From assembly GCF_009914755.1 (NCBI RefSeq), contig NC_060933.1: a stretch of DNA of 64,000 nt; one strand, given 5' to 3'. The notes under the pieces are model-generated. The model made no database searches and had not been told where the DNA came from. It worked only from the letters and a program-made list of their open reading frames with translations. Below, piece by piece: positions 12,347 through 26,400 of the stretch. The position numbers were made by a program, and so were the translations under genes. The stretch comes from the human T2T-CHM13v2.0 reference genome, Homo sapiens. How positions within the stretch are numbered: position 1 is the first letter of the stretch; each line of letters opens with the position of its first letter.

Positions 12347-13747
12347 AGAAACCATGAAATCTAGAAGGGATTGGAGTCCTGTTTTTAGCCTCCTTAAACA
12401 AAACAGTTATCAGCCAAGAATTTTGTATCCAGGGAAACTAAGCTTCATAAATGAAGGAAAGATAGTCTTTTCCAGACAAACAAATGCTGAGAGAATTCGC
12501 CACTACGAGTCCAGTACTACAAGAACTACTAAAAGGAGCTCTAAATCTTGAAATAAATCCTCAAATTACACCAAAATAGAATCTTCTTAAAGCACAAATA
12601 TCACGGGACCTATATAGCAATAACATAATAAATTTAAAAAGGCATTTAGGCAACAAATAGCATGATGAATAGAATATTACCTCACATCTCAATACTAACA
12701 TTGAATATAAATGGCCTAAGTGCTCCACTTAAAAGATACAGAATGACAGAATGGATAAGAATTCACCAACCAAGTTTCTGCTGTCTTCAGGAGATTCACC
12801 TAACACACAAGGACTCACATAAACTTAAGGTAAAGGAGTGGAAAAACATATTACATGCAAATGGACACCAAAGCGAGCAAAAGTAGCTATTTTTATACCA
12901 GACTAAACAAACTTCAGAGCAACAGCAGTTGAAAAAGACAAACAGGGACATTATATAATGAAAAAGGACTAGTCCAACAGGAAAATTTCACAGTTCTAAG
13001 TATATATGCACCTAACACTGAAGCTCCCCAATTTATAAAACAATTACTACTAGACCTAAGAAATTAGATAGATGGCAACACAGTAATAGTGGGGAATTCA
13101 ATATATCACTGAAAACACTAGAAAGGTCATCAAGACAGAAAGTCAACAAAGAAATAATGGACTTTAACTATAACCTACAACAAATGGACTTGGCAAATAT
13201 TTACAGAACATTCTATCCAACAACTGCAGAATATACATTCTATTCTTCAGCACATAGAACATTCCCCAAGACAGACAATAATAAATAACTAAAAGTAGAT
13301 CTATCATTTGATCTAGCAATCCCATTACTAGGTATCTGTCCAGAGGAAAAGAAGTCATTATACAAAAAAGATACTTGCACATGCATGTTTATAACAGCAC
13401 AATTCGCCATTGCAAATATATGGAACTAGCCCAAATGCCCATCAATCAATGAATGGATAAATAAAATGCGGTACAAAATAATGGCCTTTGCAGCAACCTG
13501 GATGGAATTGGAAACCATAATTCTAAGTGAACTTAGGAATGGAAAATAAAACATCGTATGTTCTCACTCATATGTGAGAGCTAAGCTATGAGGATGCAAA
13601 GGCATAAGAATGATACATTGGACTCTGAGGCCTGGGGGGAAAAGGTGGGGGGTAGTGAAGGATATAAGACTACACACTGGGTACAGTGTATACTGCTTAG
13701 GTGATGGGTGCACCAGAATCTCAGAAATCACCACTAAAGAACTTCTT

Positions 13748-14041
13748 TTTTTTATTATTTTTTTATTACACTTTAAGTTTTAGGGTACATGTGCACAACG
13801 TGCAGGTTTGAATTCAAGATGGATTAAAGACTTAAATGTTAGACCTAAAACCATAAAAACCCTAGAAGAAAACCTAGGCAATACCATTCAGGACATAGGC
13901 ATGGGCAAGGACTTCATGTCTAAAACACCAAAAGCAATGGCAACAAAAGCCAAAATTGACAAATGGGATCTAATTAAACTAAAGAGCTTCTGCACAGCAA
14001 AAGAAACTACCATCAGAGTGAACAGGCTACCTACAGAATGG
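13748..14041. mobile_element. Small twin-primed (5'-inverted) L1PA insertion inside the L1PB 3'UTR
   Basis: Minus-strand L1PA 3' tip plus tail (13748-13810) joined to plus-strand ORF2 piece (13811-14041, [21 protein letters not shown]..); perfect TSD AAGAACTTCTT at 13737-13747 and 14042-14052. Confidence 0.92.
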
Positions 14042-14683
14042 AAGAACTTCTTATTCTTGTAAGTAAACACCACCTGTTCTCCAAAAACCTATTGAAATAA
14101 ATCAAATACAAAATTTTTAAAAAACAAATTAATTCACTATGTACATTGAACTTCAAATTGAATTTCATATGCAATTTTGAAGTGTGCTTGGTGCTTAGTG
14201 TGCAGTTATTGCTACCATATTATAGTCTATTTTTAATGTGAACATTGGTGACTGATGTATATACGCTATCAATCAATGTTTGATTAAGCAATAAATTATT
14301 CCTTAACACAGCATTACAAGAGAGATTTTATTGTGAATATTTTTATATGAGAATCAGCATGAATTTATTACTCTATAGGAAAGAAAATAGACTTAAACTT
14401 GTATTTGGAAGTATTTTTTTAAAAACTCCTTTCTGCTATGTTCCCAATGTACATTGTGTGAAGTTATTCTCCTTTCATACTCTTTACACTTGACACTACT
14501 GTACATTCCTCTACGATCCTGAAAATAGTATAAGAGCCTGAGTGGTGTTTCCAACCACAAATTGAAAAACAACATTAATCTTTTAATATTTGGCCCAATA
14601 GTGGCAAGAGTGCTATTGAATTATTCTAAGAAGATTTAGTGTATTTATACTCATTTCCAGAAATGTTTCAAAGGAAGTTTGAA

Positions 14684-14968
14684 TTTTTTTTTTTTTTTTT
14701 TTGAGACGGAGTTTTGCTCCTGTTGCCCAGGCTGGAGTGCAATGGGCAACCTCAGCCTCCCAGGTTCAAGCGATTCTCCTGCCTCAGCTTCCTAAATAGC
14801 TGGGATTACAGGCGCCTGCCACCACGTCCAGCTAATTTTTGTGTTTTTAGTAGAGACTTGGTTTCACCGTGTTGGCCAGGCTGATTTCGAACTCCTGACC
14901 TCAGGTGATCCACCCACATTGGTCTCCCAAAGTGCTGGGATTAAAGGTGTGAGCCACCGTGTCCAGCC
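14684..14968 (-). mobile_element. AluS (Sq/Sp-like) with small internal deletion
   Basis: Alu dimer with T tail, TSD AGTTTGA; missing CGCGATCTCGGCTCACT segment. Confidence 0.93.
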
Positions 14969-16151
14969 AGTTTGACTATTTTTTTAAAAAGCTCCTATTA
15001 TTATTCAATTTCCCTCTACTCCAAATATAAATGTGTATCATTGAGCTGTACTACGAAGAAAAGAGAAATGATGATCCTCAATGAAAATGTTTCACTATAT
15101 GGTTAATGATGTAATTTTAATTCTCTGTTCTCTGTCAACTACCTCATAAACCTCACATTGGTCCCTCACATCATTGAAATCTGCTAAATTTTGTTATCTT
15201 AATTTGGCCACTATTATAAGTGAGCAGACTAGTGTTCTGTGCATAAAATGTTTTATGTGTTGATAATTAACTCCCTTTCCTACATTTCCTCCTTTTTTAT
15301 AAAGTCAGAAATGTAGAACGTTTTCAGACCTGTATTGCTTGTCATTACTTTAGCATCCTCTATCATATAGCTATTTAGAAGGCAATTTGGGTTTAAGCAA
15401 GATTTAAAGGCCTTTATTAATCTTTCTATCCAGGTTTACCAGAACTCTGAACGGATTATCAGAAACCGAATTAGCTTATAATATGGTAATAATTTGAGTC
15501 TCATTCTGCTATCGTCCATTGTTTATCTGGCTCACACATTTATCTGACAGCCTCTGTGTCTAGGAAACAGGGTCATAAGGTGCACATTGTACAGTTTTCT
15601 GAAACCTGAGATTATCATGCTATATAACAAACTGTGATTATTGCCTTTTACAAATCTACAAAAGAGAGGTTTGGTGATGAATGGCATCATTCGAGAAAAG
15701 TTTGGAAGCTTTTTAATATAACTAGCCATAAAATAATCACATCCAAAATTAAAATATATTCATTAATATAACTGAGAAAAGAGAGAAAACTTGCAGATTC
15801 ACAGTAAAAAACAGTAAGTATTTTTATTAACTGAATTATTTTTCTCCATTTTCAATTCATAGAAGCTTTTTAAATAACTTGCTACAAGTCTTCTCATTAA
15901 AGGTAAAAGTCTCCTTTCTTACAATGTCTTTTCCTCTTGAATTTACTTGGTGTATTATTAACATAATCAATGGCAAAATATTTATAGATTCTCTACTCAA
16001 TTCTGCTTATGCATTTATCCATCCTTATTCCAATATTACACTGTCATTATTACTGTTGCTTTTGATCTTTACATCAAAGATGTATGTCCTCTAAATTTGT
16101 CCTTAATTTCCAAAATTGTTTTAGCTTTGGTAAGTCTTTTCATTTTCATAC

Positions 16152-16515
16152 TGTATTAGTATGTTCTCATGCTGCTAATGAAGACATACCTGAGACTGGG
16201 TAATTATAAAGGACAGATATTTAATTGACTCACAGTTCTACATGGTTGAGGCAGCCTCACAAATATGGCAGAGGATGAATGAGGTGCAAAGTCATGTCTT
16301 ACATGGTGGCAGGCAAAGAGAGTGTGTGCAGGGGAAGGCCCCTTTATAAAACCAACAGATCTCATGAAACCTATTCACTATCATGAGAACACCATAGGAA
16401 AGACCTGCCCTCATGATTCAATTACCTCCCACTGAGTCCCTCCCATAACACATGGGAATTATGGGAGCTTCAATTCAAGGTGAGATTTGGGTGAGGACAC
16501 AGCCATACCATATCA
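16152..16515 (-). mobile_element. THE1B/C solo LTR
   Basis: TGTATTAGT..GACATACCTGAGACTGGGTAAT..GATTTGGGTGAGGACACAGCCATACCATATCA; TSD CATAC/TATAC. Confidence 0.92.
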
Positions 16516-16777
16516 TATACAAATTTGAGAGACAGATTAAAGCCTACTAGAAATTTGATTTTGATTACATTGAATCTATACATCAATTTAGATACAACTG
16601 ATATCTGAAAGATATTGAGTCTTTCTACCCACACATGGTATATTTCTTCATGCATTTAGTTTTCTTTAATTTCTTTTAATAATGAGTGTGTGTATAAAAG
16701 TTATGTACTTGTTATGTTAAATTTATTCCTAATTATAAGTGTTTCATATTTTCATGATACTGTAAATATTTAAAAAA

Positions 16778-19048
<2,271 letters not shown>

Positions 19049-20244
19049 TTACTAAATTGGATAAGACCCTCTTGAGTCTAAAATAATTCCCCCTGAGTAT
19101 TAATTAATTAATAATCATTAAATTATTTCTTAATAATTAAATATTAAAATAATTAAATCTTTTAAAAGCATCAATTTATTAATTAATAATTAATAAATAA
19201 TTGATAATTAATTAATTAATTCTCAGGAGGAATTATTTGTAAATTCAAGACAGTCTTACCTGAACACAATCATGCCATCTGCAGCAAGTAAAAACAAATT
19301 AATTTTTTTCTTTCCAAAAGGCATTTTATTTATTTTTCTTGACCTCTTGGACAGGCTAGATATTTCAAAAGAATGTTGAATAGAAACGCTAGCCAGTTTT
19401 TCAGAACTTTAATATTTTCATCATTAAATACGATATTAAGACAAAGTAGTTATTTTCTGTTTGTGGGACTTTTTTTTGTTTCTTTTTTTTTGTTTTGTTT
19501 GTAAAACAATCAGATTGATTGTTTCTGTGTGTTCTTCAGAATCTACTCTTTTAGTGTCTTTATATGCCAGACCAGATGAGAGTGCAATTTCACAGGTCAT
19601 CCATACTAGCAAATTTGAAGGCTTGGAAATAGGAAGCCCCCAACGTGGGTGATGAGTGATGCAAGTTTAAGATTATTTCTCATGATTTCTACTTGCTCCA
19701 GCTTTCCTCTTCTTTGTGATTATCTTTCAGTACAGACTACCTGGCTTCTGACTTCAGTCTCAGCATCAGACAGAGAAGAATTTCTGTGTGTCTTTACTGT
19801 ATCCATGGGCCACTGATTTGTTTCAATGGCTTCTAGAAGTCCGTACAAAAATATAGTCATACTTACTTGCATGGGCCTAGCAAATTGTAAAACATCATTT
19901 GGTATCTCTTGAATAAATTAATTTTTAAGTTAAGATTCACAAAGACCACAGGATTTAAAGAAAACCATAGGATAACACAGCCATTATAAATGCTGAGTCC
20001 ACAGAGAAAACTTTGCATAGATATGCTAAGTTAACTGGTAGCATGCAATGCTTTAGTTTCTTGGTAGCCTAGCTTTGTCCAAGTTATCTAGAGCCAATAA
20101 CTTAGACTAAGTTATCTAGTAGATCTGGAGATGTTTATACAATCTTCTTAAATATGTTAAAATGTTTTAGATTTAAGTTACTAATAACTTTTACTAGTTG
20201 ATGAAGATATTATTACCAAGTGCAATGTGAGATGCTTTATTTTT

Positions 20245-21684
20245 CTTGTTTATATTTTTAATTTGTATGGGTACATAGTAGATGTATGTATTTATGGGTT
20301 ACATGAATTATTTTAATACAGGTATGCAATGTGTAATAATTACATCAGGGTAAATGGGGCATCCATCACCTCAAGCATTTGTACTTTGTATTACAAACAA
20401 TCCAATTATACTTTTAGTTACTTTAAAATGTACAATTAAATTTGTGTTGACTGTACTCCTTTTGTTGTGTTAGCAAATAAAAGCTCTTATTCATTCTCTC
20501 TATGTAGTTTTTGCACCCAATAACCATCCCCATTTGCCTTCCACACCCTCAACTACCCTTATCAGCATCTAGTAATGAACATTCTAGTCTCTGTCTCCAT
20601 AAGTTCAATAATTTCAATTTTTAGCTCCTACAAATAAGTGAGAACATGTGAATTTTGTCTTTCTGTGCCGGGTTTATTTCACATAATATGGTTACCTCCA
20701 GTTTCATCCACGTTGTTGCAAATAACAGAATCTCATTTTTTTAATGGCTGAATAATAGTCTATTGTGTCTATGTACCACATTTTCTTTGTCCATTCACCT
20801 GTTGATGGATGCTCGGGTTGCTTTCAAATCTTGGTTATCGAGAATAGTGCCGCAATAAACATGGGAGTGCAGATATCTCTTTGATATATCAGTTTCCTTT
20901 CTTTGGGGTATATACCTAGGAGTAGGATTGCTAGATCATGTGGTAGCTCTATTTTTATATTTTGAGGTACTTCCCAACTGTTTTCCATAGTGGTTTTACT
21001 AATTTACATTTGCACCAACAATGTACTAGGGTTCCCTTTTCTCCATATCCATATTTTTAACTTTTAGATAAAAGCCATTTTAAATGGAATGAGATAATAT
21101 CTCATTGTACGTTTGATTTGCATTTCTCTGATGGTCAATTATTTTGAGTAGGTTCTCGGATACCTGATAGCCATTTGTATGTCTTCTTTTGAGAAATGTC
21201 TATTTGGGTCTTTTATCTATTTTTTAATAAGATTATTTTTTTTCCTGTGGAGTTGTTTGAACTTCTTATACATTCTAGTTTTTGGATGAGTAGATTGCAA
21301 ATATTTTAGCCATTTTGTAGGTAGTCTCTTCACTTTGTTGATTGTTGACTTTGCTGTAAAGAAGCTTATTAAAGTGATATGAACCCATTTGTCCATTTTT
21401 GTTTTGATTTCTGTACTTTTAGGGTATTCTCAAGTAATCTTTGTTTAGTTCAATATCCTAAAGAGTTTCCCTGAAGTTTTTTTTTTTAGTAGTTTCATAG
21501 TTTGAGGTCTTAGATTTTAGTCTTCAATTAGTTTCAATTTGATTTTTGTATATTTTGAGAAATAAGTGTCTAGTTGTATTCTTTTGCATATGAATACCCA
21601 ATTTTGCCAGCACCATTTATTGAAGAGATTGTCCTTTCCCCAAATTATGTTCTTAGCACTGTTGTCAAAAATGTGTTCACTGTA
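20245..21684 (-). mobile_element. L1MA (MA2/3-like) 3' portion
   Basis: GGGTACATAGTAGATGTATGTATTTATGGG..CATCCATCACCTCAAGCATTT 3'UTR followed by antisense ORF2 C-terminus. Confidence 0.88.
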
Positions 21685-23082
21685 TGTATTAGTCCATTTT
21701 CATACTGCTGTAAAAAACTACCTGAGATTGGGTAATTTATAAAGAAAAGAGGTTTAATTAACTCACAGTTCAGCATTGCTGGGGAGGCCTCAGGACACTT
21801 ACAATCATGGTGAAAGGCAAAGAAGAAGCTAGGCATGTCATACATGGTGGCAGAAAGAGAGAGACAGAGTAAGGGGAGGAACTGCCAAACCCTTTAAAAT
21901 GATCACATCTTGTGAGAACTCACTCACTAACCCAAGAACATCATGGGGGAAGCTGCTCTTAATGATCCAATCACCTCCCACTAGGTCCTTCCCTTGTAAT
22001 GGAATTACAATTCAAGATAAGATATGGGTAGGGACATAGAACCAAACAATATCATTCCACCCCTGGGCTCTCTCAAATCTCATGTCCTTCTCACGTTTCA
22101 AAACAGAACCATGCCTTCCCAACAGTCCCCCAAGTATTAACGCATTCCAGCATAAAACCAAAAGTCCAAGTCCAAAGTCTTATCTGAGTCAAGGCAAGTC
22201 CCTTCCACCTATGAGCCTGTAAAAATCAAAAGCAAGTTAGTCACTTCCAAGATACAATGAAGGTACAGGCATTGGACAAATGTTTCCATTCCAAATGGGA
22301 GAAATTAGCTACAGGCCAATGCAAGTCCAAAATCTGATAAGGCAGTCATTCAACCTGAAAGCTCGAAAATAATCTCCTTTTACTACAGGTCTCATATTCA
22401 GGGCACACTGATGCAAGAGGTGGGCTCCCAAGGTTTTGGGCAGCTCTCTCCCTGTGGCTCTGCAGGGTACAGCTCCTGAGGCTGCTCTCACAGGCTAGTG
22501 TTGAGTGCCTGTGGCTTTTAAAAGTGCATGGGTGCAAACCGTCAGTGGATCTACCATTCTGGGATCTGGAATACAGTGTCTCTCCTCTCACAGCTCCACT
22601 AGGCAGTGTCTGTGTGGGGACTCTGTATGGGGGCTCCAACTCTACATTTTCCCTCTGCATTTCCTTAGCAAAGATTCTCCATGAGGGCTCCACCCCTGCA
22701 GCAGGCTCCTCTCTGAACATCCAGGTGTTTACATACCTCCCCTGAAATCTAGGCAGAGGTTCCCAAACCTCAACTCGTCTTCTGTCCACTTGCAGGTCCA
22801 ACAACACATGGAGCTGCCAAAGCTTGGGGCTAGCAAGCTTCTGAAGCAATGGCCTGAGTTGTGTGTTGGCCCCATTTGGCCATGGCTGGAGGTAGAGTGG
22901 CTGAGACGCAAGGCATCAATGTCCCAAGGCTGTACAGAGTAGCAGGGCTCTGGGCCCAGCACACGTAATCACTTTTTCCTCCTGGGTCTCTGAGCCTTTG
23001 ATGGGAGGCACTGTCATGAAGATTTCTGAAATGCCCAGGAGATATTTTCCTCTTTGTCCTGGCTATTAACATTCAACTCCGT
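21685..23082 (-). mobile_element. THE1D/MSTA-type MaLR: one LTR (21685-22054) plus truncated internal region
   Basis: LTR TGTATTAGTCC..CAAACAATATCA then MaLR-int (CAAAAGTCCAAGTCCAAAGTC, GGGCTCCACCCCTGCAGCA); stops abruptly with no second LTR. Confidence 0.9.
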
Positions 23083-24039
23083 CATAGCATTATCTAGTAT
23101 ATCTTTAAGTTTTTAGGAGATAGATTTTATATACAAATTAAGTATTGTACAAGTTCAATTAAAATACATGTATTTAAAATAACACATATTTACATATTTT
23201 AATTGAAATATTTTGGAACTAACATCCCACTGACTTCTACATTCTAAGACTATGATATTTTACTGAGAAATAAATAATCTAAAAACGTTAATATCTCAGT
23301 TTTTTTCAATATCTGTAAATCATAGCATGCATTTAACAAAATCTGGGAAGTGAACCTTCCCCGCATTTTATCTTCTGAAAAAAAATATATATTTCATGTT
23401 CCATACAGCAGCATAAAATTAATCTTGCACATTATAGCCTCTGGCCTAGGGAAAAAAGTGCTTAAGTGGAAGAGGAAATGTTCTCTGATTTCAACGCATA
23501 TTTGCACAATGTCCCTGAGCTGTTTTTGATGTCTCCTGAATATCTTGATTAGTATGTCATCTATTCATTGGCAAAATGGAGTTTTAGTACTATTGCTGTT
23601 AATGAGGGTGGAAAGCTATTTAGATTCATTGGCATTAGGTTGCTTTTCATTGTAGAGATCTAAAGTATCAGATAATTATTTGAAGAGAGGCAGTTTTGAA
23701 GTTCAGAAAAATAGGTGTTATACACAATACACATGTACTCCATTCTTCCAAGGTACTTGCAGACAATGCCCACTAGACAAAGATCTCTGAAGATACAACT
23801 AAATAGAAGAGTAAAGTATAGAAGTTTTATTTAATTTATTTGAATTTGTTTTTCTCACTTTTAGTCAACCACTGCCCCAGAGAGTCTGTGGAATGGAGTT
23901 CCTTCAAAGAAAGTTATGATTTTACAACAGTGCAACAAAGTTCTTATGGACATTCGTTGAAGTCCTTTTTTAAATGAGTTGTTCATTGATAAAAATCCAA
24001 ATAAAGATGAAAGAATGTCATTTGAAATTTAGGAATTCA

Positions 24040-24365
24040 GAATAAAAGCAAACACAATTTCACGTATTGTTGAAGTGCAATATTTAAAGTATACATTTCA
24101 TCAGTTTTGACATGTGTATGTACTTGAAAATTATTGCCATAAGCAAGATAAGAAATATTTCCATCACCTTTAGCAATTTTCTTATACCCTTTGTAATATG
24201 CTTCTTCCTTCACTCTCATTCATGGAAAACATTGACCTACTTTTAATATTTTTGTGACTTAGAATTATATTAATTGAAGAAGTAAGTACTTTTTGTTTTT
24301 ATTTTTAACTGACTGTTCCTGCTGCCTACTGATTTTGAGATCCATCTATGTTATTATATGTATCA
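24040..24365 (-). mobile_element. L1ME-type 3' end fragment
   Basis: TTTAAAGTATACATTTCATCAGTTTTGACA..TTTCCATCACC..TTTTGAGATCCATCTATGTT motifs. Confidence 0.6.
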
Positions 24366-24379
24366 TGTTATTAAATGTA

Positions 24380-26400
24380 TTTTAGTGAGTAAAGGAAGAT
24401 GAATAACTCTACAACTCACTTTAGCAGCCAAGAATAACCTTAACACTGAAACATGACAAGGACATTATGAAACAGGAAATGTGTGGAACAATACTTCTCA
24501 TGAATATTGATGCAAAAATCTTTAACAAAATATCAGCAAAAAAAGTGATTACCTCTGTAAAGAAAAAAAATTAAAAAAATTAGCAAACTGGTTGCAATAT
24601 TATACAAAAAGGATAATACATCATGAACAAATAGGGATTTCTGTAGCCGAAACAACCCCATCAAAAAGTGGGCGAAGGATATGAACAGACACTTCTCAAA
24701 AGAAGACATTTATGCAGCCAAAAGACACATGAAAAAATGCTCATCATCACTGGCAATCAGAGAAATGGAAATCAAAACCACAATGAGATATCATCTCACA
24801 CCAGTTAGAATGGCAATCATTAAAAAGTCAGGAAAAAAACAGGTGCTGGAGAGGATGTGGAGAAATAGGAACGCTTTTACACTGTTGGTGGGACTGTAAA
24901 CTAGTTCAACCATTGTGGAAGTCAGTATGGCAATTCCTCAGGGATCTAGAACTAGAAATATCATTTGACCCAGCCATCCCATTACTGGGTATATACCCAA
25001 AGGATTATAAATCATGCTGCTATAAAGACACATGCACATGTATGTTTATTGCAGCACTATTTACAATAGCAAAGACTTGGAACCAATCCAAATGTCCAAC
25101 AATGATAGACTGGATTAAGAAAATGTGGCACATATACACCATGGAATATTATGCAGCCATAAAAAAGGATGAGTTCATCCTTTGTAAGGACATGGATGAA
25201 GCTGGAAACCATCATTCTCAGCAAACTATCGCAAGGACAAAAAACCAAACACCGCATGTTCTCACTCATAGGTGGGAATTGAACAATGGGAACACATGGA
25301 CACAGGAAGGGGAACATCACACACCGGGGCCTGTTGTGAGGTGAGGGGAGGGGGCAGGGATAGCATTAGGAGATATACCTAATGTTAAATGAAGAGTTAA
25401 TGGGTGCAGCCCACCAACATCGCATATGTATACATATGTAACAAACCTGCATGTTGTGCACATGTACCCTAAAACTTAAAGTATAATTTTAAAAAATGCG
25501 AAAATACATCAATGTGCGTTAACATATTCACTGAACAAATGAGAAAAATCACAAGAACATTTGAAGAAATGCAGAAAAATTGAAAATATTTTATAATTGA
25601 AAGACATGAATTTTCATGTTGAAGTCACACAGTAAGTTTATAAAACAATGGAAAAAATTAGGTTCACCATAGTCCACATCACAGTAAAATGTCAGATCAC
25701 TGGCTTTCAGCAAAATTCTAGGGAAATGAAATGTTTTAGGCCTCAAAATGGCTTTGGGCGTTTTGAATAGAATACTGAAAGCAGAAAGACAGTGGGCTAA
25801 TAGCTATAAAATTCTGAAAAAAAAATCTGTTTTTTTCCCCATATAAAACATAAGCTCTATCTTGGCAGAAGTAAGAGAAGAAATGTTGAAGAGGCAGCAG
25901 TGGAAGCATGCCGAGGAGAAGGACATTATCAAATCTGCAAGTGAAGTTCAGGGCATGTGCAGAAGGAAGTGAAGAAATAGAGATGCGAATCCCATCTCTC
26001 TTTGAATTCAAATTCTTGAATCCTACAGCCGAGGAAAAAATGGACCTGATTAAAAATTCCTTAAGGAAAATTATTTTAACATAGAATTCTAAATCCATCC
26101 AAATGATCAATCAAATTTAGACTAGAATAAAGACACTCTTAGATATGCAAGAGCTTAAAATATTTATATCCTATTACCTGTACCAAAGAGGCCTTTGGAG
26201 AATACTTGCTGTCAAATGAGAAACTAGGACAAAGGAAGATTTGGAATATGGAAAATAAATAGATTGAACACAGAAGAGAATTACAGAGAATCAACATTAT
26301 AATGGTAAAGAGAGATCCTAGGGTGAAATGTGTACCAGATATAGAAGTCAACCATTTTGGATTGAAACTGTGTGACACAAGATACAGATATTTTGAGGAC
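24380..26400 (+). mobile_element. Old L1M ORF2/ORF1 relics hosting younger insertions
   Basis: CTCATGAATATTGATGCAAAAATCTTTAACAAAATA (ORF2) and ORF1-like AGAATTCTAAATCCATCCAAATGATCAATCAA. Confidence 0.6.
24650..25496 (+). mobile_element. 5'-truncated L1PA (PA4-like), ~850 bp
   Basis: [30 protein letters not shown] peptides, 3'UTR ..GTACCCTAAAACTTAAAGTATAAT and short tail. Confidence 0.95.

Larger units (their letters stand above)
10003..14125 (+). mobile_element. L1PB-type LINE-1 with both termini, decayed ORF1 and ~2.8-kb internal ORF2 deletion
   Basis: 5'UTR (AAGATG..GAGGCAGGATTAGCTTGCAG), ORF1 remnant (ENFPDLVRDVDIQIQEAQRT), ORF2 EN start at 12662 (ILTLNINGLSAPLKR), L1PB 3' end (CACCACCTGTTCTCCAAAAACCTATTGAAATAAA); 16-bp TSD AAA(G/T)TAATTCACTATG at 9987-10002 and 14126-14141. 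Confidence 0.92.
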
